The notes under the pieces were generated by a model. That model worked only from the letters and a program-made list of their open reading frames with translations, was not told the origin of the DNA and did no database searches. From positions 1,320,001-1,352,000 of the forward strand of contig NC_020409.1 in the NCBI RefSeq assembly GCF_000341895.1: a DNA stretch of 32,000 bases, read 5' to 3'. Of this stretch, positions 1 to 10,225 are shown piece after piece. The translations under genes were made by a program, and so were the position numbers. Source of the stretch: Pseudodesulfovibrio piezophilus C1TLV30 (GTDB taxonomy: Bacteria; Desulfobacterota; Desulfovibrionia; Desulfovibrionales; Desulfovibrionaceae). Within the stretch, counting starts at the first letter, position 1. Every line of letters begins with the position of its first letter.

Positions 1-26
1 GTGAGCAGGAAGACGAATTCCTGCCG

Positions 27-3000
27 TTGATGCATTTCCAGGAGACTCTCTACTTTCACCACAAAGGATTTGTTCGCAACGAACCAAGCGGCCTCAGTTG
101 CTACATTTATCTGAATGCCAATATGACAGGCCAATTGGATCTACCGACCTTCAATAAGGCGCTCAACTATGTCGTGAGCCGGCACCCCGTGTTGAGAACT
201 GTCATAGACGAGGAACAGGCCAAACCTCGTATGCGAGTTCTCGCCGAAGTGCCTGAAATTGAGACAGGCTACATTGAACAAACCCACTTGTCGGAGAAAG
301 ACCGCGCTGAATACATCCGTTTGCGTGGTCTCGAACATAACGACTACCGCTTTGATGTGACCCAATGGCCCCTATTTTTCTGCGAAATCACCAAATTCGA
401 AGAGGAGAAGCATGTCTTCATGATGAATATCGACCACCTGCTGGTGGACGGCTACAGCTATATGCAGGTTTTCGAGGAACTCTTCAATACTTACGACAGG
501 ATGCGCCGAGAGCAACCATGGGAGCTGGAGCCGCCACAAATGACCTTTGGCGACTATGTCCGCATCGAGGGACTGCGCCAACGCACCGCTGAATACCAAC
601 AAGCCATGAAATTCCAGCTGGAAGTCTTCAAAGACCTGCCGGACAAGGCGACCCTGCCTTTTCGCCGGAACCCGGCCATGCTGAAAAAAGTCGAATTCGA
701 CACTTTTTACCAGGAGATAGAGCCGGAAATAATCAACGAGCTCAATTCCATCGCAATGGAACACCAGATATCCCTCAATGCCATGCTGCTGGCTGCCTAC
801 TTCAAACTGATGAATATATGGTGCCATCAGGATGATCTCATCATCAACATGCCAGTGTTCAACCGTGAACAATACTTCGCCGGAGCCCGAAAGACTGTCG
901 GCAGTTTCATCGACATATTTCCGGTCCGTCTGAAAACATCGTTTGAAGAGCCAATACTGGATATCGCCAAAAAAGCTGAGGCCTTTACCCGAAAGCTTCT
1001 GGAAGTTCCGGTATCCTCGATCGAACTCTCCCGACGCATTTTCGAACGGGAGGGACGCCGAGCGACCTCCATGAGTTCAATTATCTTCAGCAACTCCATC
1101 GGAATGTATGCCGGAGAAGTGAGCAAGATGGAAAGCCTCAAGCTGGATACTCCCGAATTCCGCACCGGCGCTCCAGGCACTTTCATCGATCTTGTCATAT
1201 ACGACTACCGTGCTCGAATGGATCAGGAAGATACCTATTATTTCAACTGGAACTATATCCGGGACAGCTTTGACATTCAATTCATCCAGATTATCTCGGA
1301 GCAATATGAAACTCTCCTCCAACAGGTTATCAGCAGTTCCAGAACACGAGATGAAGAAAGCCAGTTCACATGCGCGGACATCATTCCCGAACAGTACCGT
1401 TCCCTTATTGAGAACGTCAACCAAACCGCAGTCGAGATACCGGAGAAAACACTCCATGAATTGATCGGACAAACCATGGAAAAACATCCAGACAAGACTG
1501 CCATAACATCAAAAGAACAGACCATCAGCTATCAGCAGTTCAACACGCTTTCCGGCGATGTGGCCAGGACACTTGCACAGCATTCCATCGGCAAGGGTGA
1601 TTTCGCGGCCCTGTATATGGGCAGAGACCAGACACTTCCCATGGCTCAGCTGGGGGCCATGCGAGCTGGGGCAGCTTATGTCCCTATAGACATTGATTAT
1701 CCCATAGAACGTATTGCGTATGTATTGGCTGATTCCGGTGCCCGTGTCCTGCTGACACAATCACATCTCCTCGGGGCACTGCAAGAGCATCTCAAGACGG
1801 TTGAATTGATTCTTGTCATGAATGAGGATGTCGAACCACAGGATATCCCATCCTCTCTGCGCGAAAAGACCATCCTTCCCCACGAAGTCTTCACCGAAAA
1901 ACAGGATATTGCTCTCCCGATATGTACACAGGATGACCTCGCTTACATGTTGTATACATCCGGCTCCACCGGCAATCCCAAAGGGGTGATGGTTACTCAC
2001 CGAAATATTGTCAACTTTCTTCACTGGGTGCATCGTGAGATCGGCATTTCGCAAGAAGAACGCATGGCCTTATTGACGTCCTATGCTTTTGACATGACCC
2101 TCACAAGCAACTGGACCGCATTCCTCGCCGGTGCCACACTGCATATATTGTCGGAAGAAGACACCAAAGATGTGAAAACCCTCCTGCTTTTCCTGCAAGA
2201 AAAGGACATCACCTTCCTGAACGTTACTCCGTCCCACTTTTCTCTCATCGCCAATGCACGAGAATATATCTCGAATGACTCCATGCCCCTGTACCCAACC
2301 ATGCGCGTGATGCTTGGGGGTGAAATAATCAATACCAAAGACCTGAATCTCTGGCTCTCACACTACCCGCAGCACAGATTCATCAATGAATATGGTCCCA
2401 CGGAGACCACTGTGGCTTCCACATTCTTTCCCATTCCGGTGACAGATGAAAACACGATAGATTTGCACACTGTCCCTATCGGCAAACCGGTATACAATAC
2501 GGAAGTTCACATTCTCGATGCCGACATGAATCCATGCATGGTCGGTGTTCCCGGTGAATTGTGCATCGGGGGAATGGGAGTCACCAATGGCTACCACCAA
2601 AAACTTGACAAGAATGAAACCGCTTTCGTGCCCAATCCGTTTGATGACGGGATCACCAAAATATACAGGACCGGTGATGTGGTGCGTATGCTGAGTGACG
2701 GCACCCTCCAGTATCTCGGGCGCAATGATCATCAGATAAACCTGCGCGGCTACCGGATTGAAGCAGGAGAAATTGAAGCTGCCATGCGTGCCCATGAATC
2801 CGTAACTGAAGTGGTCATAGTCCCCCGTGAGGATATTTCCGGGAGCCTTGTGCTCGTTGCATTCTACACCGGGCCACATGGTCAGGCAGAAACCCCTTCC
2901 TTGCGCGCCTTCCTGGCAAAAGGCCTCCCGGAATACATGATCCCATCCCACTTCGAACATCTCGAAAGGATGCCGTGCACCCCAAGCGGAAAACTCGATA

Positions 3001-4028
3001 TAAAAGGACTTCCCGAAGTCACGATTACCGCTGAGCAGTTCAGTGATGGTTCAGAGACCCCCACAACAGACCTGGAACTTCAGATCGCAGCCATCTGGGA
3101 AGACGTACTCGGCATGAGCGGACTTGGATTGAACAACAATTTCTGGGATGTGGGCGGCGATTCGCTCAAGGCGATGCGGCTTATAATGCGCATGAAAAAA
3201 GAAGGGTACATTGATTTCGGCCTTCGCGAAGCCTTTCAGTACCAAACAATCGCCTCCATCGTAGAACACATAGAAAAACAACATGAAAAAAAACAGGCAG
3301 AATCCGATATACTGACTCTCTCCTCCCGACAGTTCCCACTGGCACAAGTCTTCTGCCTACCATATGCCTGCGGCAACCCGACCATGTATAGAGAACTGGC
3401 TGCCGAGCTCCCCACAGATTATACGATCCTGGCCGCAAACATGCCCGGACATGGCAAGGAAGGAGAACCGCTTGATTCGATTGAATCACTTGCAGCCATG
3501 TACACGAAACACCTCTCCGAAAGGGCTCAAGAAACACCTCTCTTTCTCGTTGGATACTCATTTGGGGGACACATAGCCTATGAAATAGCCCGTACGCTGG
3601 AAGCACACGGTACTCCGGCCAGCGGTGTTGTCATCATTTCAAGCCCCCCTCCGGGCGTCTTGGAAGGCTTGAACTCTCTCCTCAGCAGCTCTGACGAAGA
3701 ATTGCTCCACCATTCAAAATCAATCTACAAGTATGACTTCAGCCAGATGATTGAAAGCGAAAGGGATCGATACCTCGCGACACTCCGGGTGGATACCAGC
3801 GCCATGGTCAATCACCCCTTTGCAGAGACACTGGCGACGCCTGTCCTGATCGTGACCGGAAAGAATGAAGAGGAACCGGCCATCCACAGCAAAGCCCGCG
3901 ACTGGGAGAAGGCTTTTTCAAAAGCTCAGTACAGGGAACTCAATGGAACACACATGCTCATAAAAACTCATGTCAGCGAACTGGCAAAACATATCTCGAA
4001 CTTTATTGACGAGTTGTCCATTACATAA
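27..4028 (+). CDS. Non-ribosomal peptide synthetase, one module: condensation, adenylation, thiolation (PCP), thioesterase. Possibly 5'-partial.
   Basis: C-domain motifs PLMHFQETLYF (C1-like) and NIDHLLVDGYS (HHxxxDG). A-domain motifs LAYMLYTSGSTGNPKGV (A3), NEYGPTETT (A5), YRTGDVVR (A7), GRNDHQINLRGYRIEAGEIE (A8) and PSGKLD (A10). PCP motif FWDVGGDSLKAM. TE motif GYSFGGHIAYE (GxSxG). The same frame has no stop back to nt 3, so the gene may continue upstream of the window. Confidence 0.95.
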   Translation: MMHFQETLYFHHKGFVRNEPSGLSCYIYLNANMTGQLDLPTFNKALNYVVSRHPVLRTVIDEEQAKPRMRVLAEVPEIETGYIEQTHLSEKDRAEYIRLRGLEHNDYRFDVTQWPLFFCEITKFEEEKHVFMMNIDHLLVDGYSYMQVFEELFNTYDRMRREQPWELEPPQMTFGDYVRIEGLRQRTAEYQQAMKFQLEVFKDLPDKATLPFRRNPAMLKKVEFDTFYQEIEPEIINELNSIAMEHQISLNAMLLAAYFKLMNIWCHQDDLIINMPVFNREQYFAGARKTVGSFIDIFPVRLKTSFEEPILDIAKKAEAFTRKLLEVPVSSIELSRRIFEREGRRATSMSSIIFSNSIGMYAGEVSKMESLKLDTPEFRTGAPGTFIDLVIYDYRARMDQEDTYYFNWNYIRDSFDIQFIQIISEQYETLLQQVISSSRTRDEESQFTCADIIPEQYRSLIENVNQTAVEIPEKTLHELIGQTMEKHPDKTAITSKEQTISYQQFNTLSGDVARTLAQHSIGKGDFAALYMGRDQTLPMAQLGAMRAGAAYVPIDIDYPIERIAYVLADSGARVLLTQSHLLGALQEHLKTVELILVMNEDVEPQDIPSSLREKTILPHEVFTEKQDIALPICTQDDLAYMLYTSGSTGNPKGVMVTHRNIVNFLHWVHREIGISQEERMALLTSYAFDMTLTSNWTAFLAGATLHILSEEDTKDVKTLLLFLQEKDITFLNVTPSHFSLIANAREYISNDSMPLYPTMRVMLGGEIINTKDLNLWLSHYPQHRFINEYGPTETTVASTFFPIPVTDENTIDLHTVPIGKPVYNTEVHILDADMNPCMVGVPGELCIGGMGVTNGYHQKLDKNETAFVPNPFDDGITKIYRTGDVVRMLSDGTLQYLGRNDHQINLRGYRIEAGEIEAAMRAHESVTEVVIVPREDISGSLVLVAFYTGPHGQAETPSLRAFLAKGLPEYMIPSHFEHLERMPCTPSGKLDIKGLPEVTITAEQFSDGSETPTTDLELQIAAIWEDVLGMSGLGLNNNFWDVGGDSLKAMRLIMRMKKEGYIDFGLREAFQYQTIASIVEHIEKQHEKKQAESDILTLSSRQFPLAQVFCLPYACGNPTMYRELAAELPTDYTILAANMPGHGKEGEPLDSIESLAAMYTKHLSERAQETPLFLVGYSFGGHIAYEIARTLEAHGTPASGVVIISSPPPGVLEGLNSLLSSSDEELLHHSKSIYKYDFSQMIESERDRYLATLRVDTSAMVNHPFAETLATPVLIVTGKNEEEPAIHSKARDWEKAFSKAQYRELNGTHMLIKTHVSELAKHISNFIDELSIT

Positions 4029-4169
4029 CGTTTTGAAAACATGCCAACAGCATGGGTTTCGCAGGACCATTCTCAGTACGATAGAAAAAGAGAATACAGG
4101 TTCCCCCCTCTTTCATTCGAAAAAGGTTGTGGAACCTGTTTCATCCCATTGACGCAAAGGATATTGTTC

Positions 4170-5366
4170 ATGTTTCGATATACACACAAGACCTGCTCCC
4201 GCTGCCACCTCCAGCAAGACTCATATCACAAAGTTATGCTCAATGAGGATGGCGTGTGCTCATTTTGCACTCAAAACCTTGTTGCACCGAAACGCAATTG
4301 GGAACAGCTCAAGAACATCTTCGAAGAAAAAATACAGCAGGCGAAAGGGAAAGGAGAATATGATGGGTTGATCATGCTGAGTGGAGGAAAAGACAGTGCG
4401 TATATGGCCCACATGCTCACCAGAAAATACAACATGAAACTACTCGGATTTATCATCGACATCAATTTCGAATACCCGGAAACCTTTGAAAATGCGGCAA
4501 CCATAGCAGAAAAGCTGGATATGCCCTCCGTCATTTTCCGCCAAGACCCTGAACTGATGCGCCAATACTACGCCTTTCTATTCTGCAACAAGACCATTCA
4601 CCAGGAAGACTGCGGACAGGTTTGCACATTCTGCGGCCGTTTTCTCATTCAAACGGCAACGGATTTTGCACGTCGAATGGAGATTCCATTGGTCTTTTCC
4701 GGTCACAACCCTGACCAGATATTCCTGATGGGAGAGAGCATTGAAGACGATCCTGCACGCCTCCTGACCATGGAATTCAATATGGAAGTGGTTGCCGAAG
4801 AAACAGAAAGAGCGAGAAAGGCATGGCATCAAAAAGAAAAAACACCACAAGATCGCCTGTTCCCTTCGAAAATACACGCTCAAGGGGTGGAATTGGTCTT
4901 CCCCTTCCAGCACTTTCGCTATCAACCGGAAGCAATGATTGAAACAGTCAAAAAAGAACTGGACTGGGTCCCTATCAAACGTTTTTCCAAGACATACATT
5001 GCCTCTGGATGTAGTCTCGTCAAATTGTGGGCGTATTTGGCTTACAGCAACAATACCAACAGCTATGTGGATTTCGAATTCAGCAATCAGGTCCGGGAAG
5101 GGGTACTTTCAAGCGACAAGGTCGCACAATTCTACGAGCAATCAGACAAAGGATATGAAGAATTGGATGAAATTGTCATGAAACTTGGAATACGAAATGA
5201 AATCATGCAGATGCTACTGGAACGAAAAGGAGAAAAAGATGGACTTTATCAATACCTGACACAGACTGCGCACGCCACGCAAGCCTCTCCCCCGGAAGTC
5301 CAAACACACACCCAATCAACCTTGACAAATCGCCCCCCCCATAAGAGTGATTTCTTTAATCCTTGA
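4170..5366 (+). CDS. PP-loop ATP pyrophosphatase, N-acetyl-sugar amidotransferase-like (WbuX/PseA-type), with an N-terminal Cys-rich zinc ribbon.
   Basis: CSRCHL...DGVCSFC is followed by the PP-loop motif LSGGKDSAYM. A second Cys cluster is CGQVCTFCGRF. The ORF track starts at 4041, but the ATG at 4170 has an AAAGGA Shine-Dalgarno about 8 nt upstream and places the CxxC motif at the N-terminus, as is typical for the family. Confidence 0.7.
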   Translation: MFRYTHKTCSRCHLQQDSYHKVMLNEDGVCSFCTQNLVAPKRNWEQLKNIFEEKIQQAKGKGEYDGLIMLSGGKDSAYMAHMLTRKYNMKLLGFIIDINFEYPETFENAATIAEKLDMPSVIFRQDPELMRQYYAFLFCNKTIHQEDCGQVCTFCGRFLIQTATDFARRMEIPLVFSGHNPDQIFLMGESIEDDPARLLTMEFNMEVVAEETERARKAWHQKEKTPQDRLFPSKIHAQGVELVFPFQHFRYQPEAMIETVKKELDWVPIKRFSKTYIASGCSLVKLWAYLAYSNNTNSYVDFEFSNQVREGVLSSDKVAQFYEQSDKGYEELDEIVMKLGIRNEIMQMLLERKGEKDGLYQYLTQTAHATQASPPEVQTHTQSTLTNRPPHKSDFFNP

Positions 5367-6831
5367 GCGCGGCGATGACATCCACCCGTGCAGCCTGCCA
5401 TGCGGGGTATGCCCCGGCGCACAGTCCGCAGCACACCGAAGCCAGAATGATACCAATAACCATGGAAACATCGTAAAATGCCGGGAGAAACCCAACCGAA
5501 TAAATGGCCGTAGCAATACCAAGAGCCACGCCGGTTCCCAAAACCCCGCCCGAACCGGCCATAAGGACCGACTCCAGCAGGAACTGGCAGACAATATTGG
5601 TCGGAGTGGCCCCAACAGCCCTGCGCACACCAATTTCGAGCCTTCTGGCGCGGACAATAATCGTCATGATGGAAAGAATACCCAGCGTACCTATACTAAA
5701 GGAAATTCCTGCGCCAATGGCCCCAAGAACCCGAACCAGACGCATGGCCTTGGCCTGCATATCGTTGACCTGCTCGGAAAAAACGACAGAAAAGTCATCA
5801 GGAATTCCGGCTGAAAGATGATGCCGTTCGCGTAGGAGCGTTGTCACTGCAGTGGTGATGCGCGGAACCGATTTCCTGGAAGTAATCCGTAGCAGGGCAC
5901 CAGAGACATGGTCCTGCCTATTCAGTCTGTGTATATACGTTGTCACCGGGACATAAACCTGCTCATCAACATTGACCCCGGAACTGTCCTGACCTTTCTT
6001 CTGCATCACGCCAACGATCAGCATCTCGGCAGTATGAAACCGGAGATATTGCCCAGTTGCAGCGGCTGGAGAAGGGAAAAGCCGATCGGCAATATCATAC
6101 CCCAGCACGCACACCAACGCCTTGTGCGTCACTTCCACCTGGGAAAAATATCGACCATGCAACACGTCCATATTTCGAATGACATCAAACATGGCTCCTG
6201 TCCCGAGCAGAGGGCATGACGTCTTATTACGCCCAAAGGCGACTGTCGCATGTCCCAGGACATAGGGCACCACCAGTTCAACCTGTGGCACTCCCGCCCG
6301 TATGGCGTCCACATCAGTCAAAGTAAAAGTCGCAGCATTCATGCCGCCTGCACGATTTTCTATCCCACGGGAAAGAGCAACCCGACCTGCAGTAGCATCA
6401 ATAATACGCGCACCCAACCGTTCACTTTCATGCACCACCTTCAATCCCACAGCATTGGATATATGCATAACCAACGTCAACATGAACGCACCGAGAAAGA
6501 CTCCAAGAATTGCCATGAACGTTCTAAGGCGATGCGTTGTCAGCGCCTTGACAGCAGTCCGGATATTACGAACCTGCACAAGCCTGGCAAGCTGAAGAAC
6601 CTGTTGTTGATCCGAACGGGAAAAATGAGGCGGAAGAATGGTCCTTAACGCCGCAATCCAAGATTTGACAAAAGAACCTGACAGGGAAGGAAAGACAGGA
6701 TAAGCAGGCGTGCCATCTTTGCTACAGGAGTCATTTCTCGCAATCCTGTGCGCACTCGGCTGAAGCTGGATTGCCTCAGACTGATGCCGCAATGCACGCC
6801 AATATTCAGCAAGAGAAAAGTGACGCATCAT
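5356..6831 (-). CDS. ABC transporter permease, MacB/FtsX family.
   Basis: N-terminal TM helix (FMAILGVFLGAFMLTLVM), a large periplasmic domain, then a C-terminal FtsX-like 3-TM bundle (EIGVRRAVGATPTNIVCQFLLES). The start overlaps the stop of the upstream permease (ATGATGA at 6826-6831), indicating translational coupling. Confidence 0.85.
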   Translation of the reverse strand: MMRHFSLAEYWRALRHQSEAIQLQPSAHRIARNDSCSKDGTPAYPVFPSLSGSFVKSWIAALRTILPPHFSRSDQQQVLQLARLVQVRNIRTAVKALTTHRLRTFMAILGVFLGAFMLTLVMHISNAVGLKVVHESERLGARIIDATAGRVALSRGIENRAGGMNAATFTLTDVDAIRAGVPQVELVVPYVLGHATVAFGRNKTSCPLLGTGAMFDVIRNMDVLHGRYFSQVEVTHKALVCVLGYDIADRLFPSPAAATGQYLRFHTAEMLIVGVMQKKGQDSSGVNVDEQVYVPVTTYIHRLNRQDHVSGALLRITSRKSVPRITTAVTTLLRERHHLSAGIPDDFSVVFSEQVNDMQAKAMRLVRVLGAIGAGISFSIGTLGILSIMTIIVRARRLEIGVRRAVGATPTNIVCQFLLESVLMAGSGGVLGTGVALGIATAIYSVGFLPAFYDVSMVIGIILASVCCGLCAGAYPAWQAARVDVIAALKD

Positions 6832-8147
6832 CGCCCCTCTTTCAACGCAAGTACCGGCTCAAGTTGAGCAGCCCTGCGAGCGGGTTTGAGGCCAAAGGCA
6901 AATGCTACGACAAGCGCGGCCAGACAGGCTGTTGCAAAAACCGTTGCTGATAACTTCAACTCCAACATATCAAACTCAGCCAGAATGTCAGACAGCACCA
7001 CACCAAGCATCAGACCAAAGACCGCTCCCATAAGGGTAAGGGCACAAGCCTCCATCAAAAATTGGAGCAAGATTGAACTATCAGAGGCTCCGACAGCTTT
7101 CTTGATGCCTATTTCCACCTGACGTTCCGTGACGGACAGATGAAATAGATTAGCGAGAATAACACCTCCTACGAGCAATGCGGCCAACGCTGTCACACCG
7201 AGAAAAACACCAAATCCGCCGCGCAAAAAACTCACGAACTGCAAGACTACAAGGGGAGAAATAACCAGAAAATCATCCGCCCCCCCCTCCTCTATTCCAT
7301 GTAAATTCCGCATAAGAGCCTGCACACGCAACGCATTGCCCTTCATATTCCGTGTAGAAGCAAAGTTGATTCTGATGCCGTTGAGGTATTTCCTGTCCAA
7401 ATTAAACCGCCGCAGCATGGTTGACGCAGGAAGGACCAGCCTGTCGTCCTGCTCTACTCCGGCAGCGACGATATTACGCGGGGTCAACACGCCCCGGACT
7501 ATCAAAGGAGTACCTTCCAATGTCACGATTTTTCCCACAGGATTCTGACTGCCAAACAACCCGCGAGCCGCAAGGGTTCCCAACAGGCAGACGCTTGCTC
7601 CACTTGCCACATCATGTGCACTGAAATCCTCACCGTCCTGCAAATCCCAATTCCATGTGGCTTGATAATTTTTCCCACTCCCCACCACACTTGCCACAAT
7701 ATGACGCCGGGATGTCGCAGATGCGTGCATTTTTTCTCGAAGCAGAAATGGCTGCACAGAAACAACACCGGGAAGAGCCGTGCGTATCCGTTCAATATCA
7801 TTCCACGTCAAGGTTCTGGGCCGATTTCCCATGGGCTGGTACATCAGATTGCCGCCAGCCACAAAAATGGCTGAAGGGCCAAAGGTCTCCGCCATCTCCT
7901 CCGCTTTTTTGGATGCTCCTTCCATGGCAGCGGTAATAATGGTCAAGGCTCCCACTCCCAGTGCGACGGCAAGCAGTATGAAAAGGGTACGTGCTTTGAA
8001 AACCCAAAGCGCTTTGAGTGAAAGTTTCAAGATTCTTGGGAAAATAGCCCACACATTGATGCTGGATGGAATATTTTCCTGAATCCCGGGAAGAGCATGC
8101 GGGAAAAAGAAACTTTTCCCACGAAAAAAAAAGTCGGAAACACTCAT
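6828..8147 (-). CDS. ABC transporter permease, MacB/FtsX family (second paralog).
   Basis: Same architecture as the neighbouring permease: N-terminal TM helix, periplasmic domain, and the FtsX core motif EIGIKKAVGASDSSILLQFLMEA. It has a 4-nt overlap with the upstream ATPase gene. Confidence 0.85.
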   Translation of the reverse strand: MSVSDFFFRGKSFFFPHALPGIQENIPSSINVWAIFPRILKLSLKALWVFKARTLFILLAVALGVGALTIITAAMEGASKKAEEMAETFGPSAIFVAGGNLMYQPMGNRPRTLTWNDIERIRTALPGVVSVQPFLLREKMHASATSRRHIVASVVGSGKNYQATWNWDLQDGEDFSAHDVASGASVCLLGTLAARGLFGSQNPVGKIVTLEGTPLIVRGVLTPRNIVAAGVEQDDRLVLPASTMLRRFNLDRKYLNGIRINFASTRNMKGNALRVQALMRNLHGIEEGGADDFLVISPLVVLQFVSFLRGGFGVFLGVTALAALLVGGVILANLFHLSVTERQVEIGIKKAVGASDSSILLQFLMEACALTLMGAVFGLMLGVVLSDILAEFDMLELKLSATVFATACLAALVVAFAFGLKPARRAAQLEPVLALKEGR

Positions 8148-8893
8148 GCGACCCGTCCGTCAACTATATTGATGCATCTGTTGGCAGCAGCCGCGACTTG
8201 GGCGTCATGCGTAACAATAACGACAGTCGTCCCGCCAGCATTGATGGTCCCAAAAAGTTCCAGGATAGCGTGTCCTGTCACGGAATCGAGCTGCCCTGTC
8301 GGCTCATCCGCAAGCAATATATCCGGTCCATGCAGGAGTGCACGAGCCAAAGCCACACGCTGCTGTTGCCCACCAGAGAGTCTCGCGGGGGTATAATCCA
8401 TGCGATCTGCCAAACCGACTTGCTCCAGTAAGGAGGACGCCCGTTCTTCCAACACCTTGCTTGGAGTCGTCACATAGCTCCCCGGAAGGAGAACATTTTC
8501 CAATGCTGTGGCGTACGGAAGCAGAAAAAAATTCTGAAAAACAAATCCGATCATACCGCCACGCAAGGCACTTCTCTGATTTTCATCCAGTGACGTGGTA
8601 TCGACACCGTTCAAGGAGTAAGAACCGGAAGTGGGGCTATCCAGCAATCCAAGCAGATGCAACAAGGTGGATTTGCCGGAACCGGAACTTCCGATCAATG
8701 CCGCAAATTCTCCCTTACTCAATGACAAGGTAATGCCGTGCAGGACCTCGACAAAAGAATCTCCCTGTGGGTAACGCCGCGTAACATCATGCAATTCAAC
8801 GACAATATCAGCAATCTCCGAAGAAGCCTGAGCCTCATGGGGGGTCACTACATCCACTCCGCCATCCGACGCTTTTACAGCTGACACATCCAC
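8144..8893 (-). CDS. ABC transporter ATP-binding protein (MacB/LolD-like).
   Basis: Walker A GSSGSGKST, Q-loop, ABC signature LSGGQQQRVALARAL, Walker B ILLADEPTGQLD, and an H-loop (VTHD). Confidence 0.95.
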   Translation of the reverse strand: MDVSAVKASDGGVDVVTPHEAQASSEIADIVVELHDVTRRYPQGDSFVEVLHGITLSLSKGEFAALIGSSGSGKSTLLHLLGLLDSPTSGSYSLNGVDTTSLDENQRSALRGGMIGFVFQNFFLLPYATALENVLLPGSYVTTPSKVLEERASSLLEQVGLADRMDYTPARLSGGQQQRVALARALLHGPDILLADEPTGQLDSVTGHAILELFGTINAGGTTVVIVTHDAQVAAAANRCINIVDGRVA

Positions 8894-9636
8894 CCTGACA
8901 CCGCCTTGCCGTAAGAGAGATTGACCGTGCCCCCAAGTCCATGGGACAGGCGACCGACAATGCCCCCATATTCATTGAAACCGAGCAGCCCAATTGCAAA
9001 AACAAACAAGGCAAGTCCTACAGAAGCTTGACGGCACCAAAATCCACTGACTGCATCCATATACTCTCTGTAGGCATCTCCGAACCGAGGCAAAAGGACC
9101 TCTGATTCCTCAATGTACGTTGTCATCCACAGCATGGGTACAAGCAAAGGAAGCATAAGCAACGTGTAAAGAGCACCTGTCGCCAGACACAAACCTGAGA
9201 TGAGAAAAAACATGGCCACCACACCGGGATGACGTAATTGCCCATATATACCGGTACGAAGCAGCTCTGTGGGAATCGAATAATCCTGCATCGTCACTGC
9301 AAAATTTGTACGGACAAAACGAAAACAATAATATCCGCCCGCCAATGCCAGAAGCACACCTATCATGCCCACCATCATTGCATTGGAACCGGAAGAAAAC
9401 ATGGTCCAAACAGTCTCGGAACTCCCACTTCGCACTTGCGGCAGCCACGGCATTACCAACCAAATATGGCCTGTGGGGATGCCCAGCAAGTGAAGAACAG
9501 GAATCATGTTCTTGGGCGGCAACCCCTTTCTGCGTCGTCTCTCCCGGTATCGGAAATAGATCAGATACATGAGCGCCCCCGGGAATCCACTGGCCGCGCA
9601 CGCCAACTGAACCCAAAACCACACGTCCGACGACAT
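8875..9636 (-). CDS. Integral-membrane methyltransferase, isoprenylcysteine carboxyl / phospholipid methyltransferase (ICMT/PEMT) family.
   Basis: Multi-TM protein carrying the family signature LRTGIYGQLRHPGVVAMFFLISG ... EESEVLLPRFGDAYREYM. It is the first gene of the minus-strand operon that continues into the ABC genes. Confidence 0.7.
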   Translation of the reverse strand: MSSDVWFWVQLACAASGFPGALMYLIYFRYRERRRRKGLPPKNMIPVLHLLGIPTGHIWLVMPWLPQVRSGSSETVWTMFSSGSNAMMVGMIGVLLALAGGYYCFRFVRTNFAVTMQDYSIPTELLRTGIYGQLRHPGVVAMFFLISGLCLATGALYTLLMLPLLVPMLWMTTYIEESEVLLPRFGDAYREYMDAVSGFWCRQASVGLALFVFAIGLLGFNEYGGIVGRLSHGLGGTVNLSYGKAVSGWMCQL

Positions 9637-10225
9637 GGCACGTCCTTATTCTTTGTATTTTTATTAAAAATGAAAATCATTCTCACACACAAATTTTGAT
9701 AATACGAACGTTCATTCTATGTCAACGCCAAGTTTATTTTTACCAGAAGAGAAACTTTTTCGAATCATCCATGTGCTCGCTTTTCACAAAAAATCCCGAA
9801 GCGCCGCTCCAGATAGCGTGCTCTTCTTGCACTCAGACAAAATCCCGCCACGAACTGGTCCCGATTTTCCAGCAATATCGAGTGATCGTACATGAGTTGC
9901 ATCGCAAGCCTGGCACCTTCTCCTCAAAGCCCACAGAGATTCCAATTCCCTGACAGGAAAGTCCACCGATTTCACTTCATGGCAAAGACGGCAGCCTGAC
10001 GTCCATAGGAGCAAAGTTCGGAACCAACCGCTTGCCAGCCCTCGGTCCTCCTTTCTACGCTGATTGACACGCCATTTGAGAAACCACTGAGTATTCGGGC
10101 CACCCCAGTGATATAAATCCCAAAAACCTAGCCGCAATGTTTTTTTTGTGGCAGTATTCCCAATATCCGGCCTCTTTTGGGGGCAACAAAAAGAGGCCGG
10201 ACGCATTCTGAAAACAGGAGGAGGT

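Noticed and set aside
5347-6648. Several plus-strand ORFs of 100-155 aa (5347-5814, 5504-5821, 5908-6219, 6250-6648), and similar ORFs opposite 6828-8893.
   Set aside because: All are antisense to the well-supported ABC permease and ATPase genes, and none has recognisable motifs.
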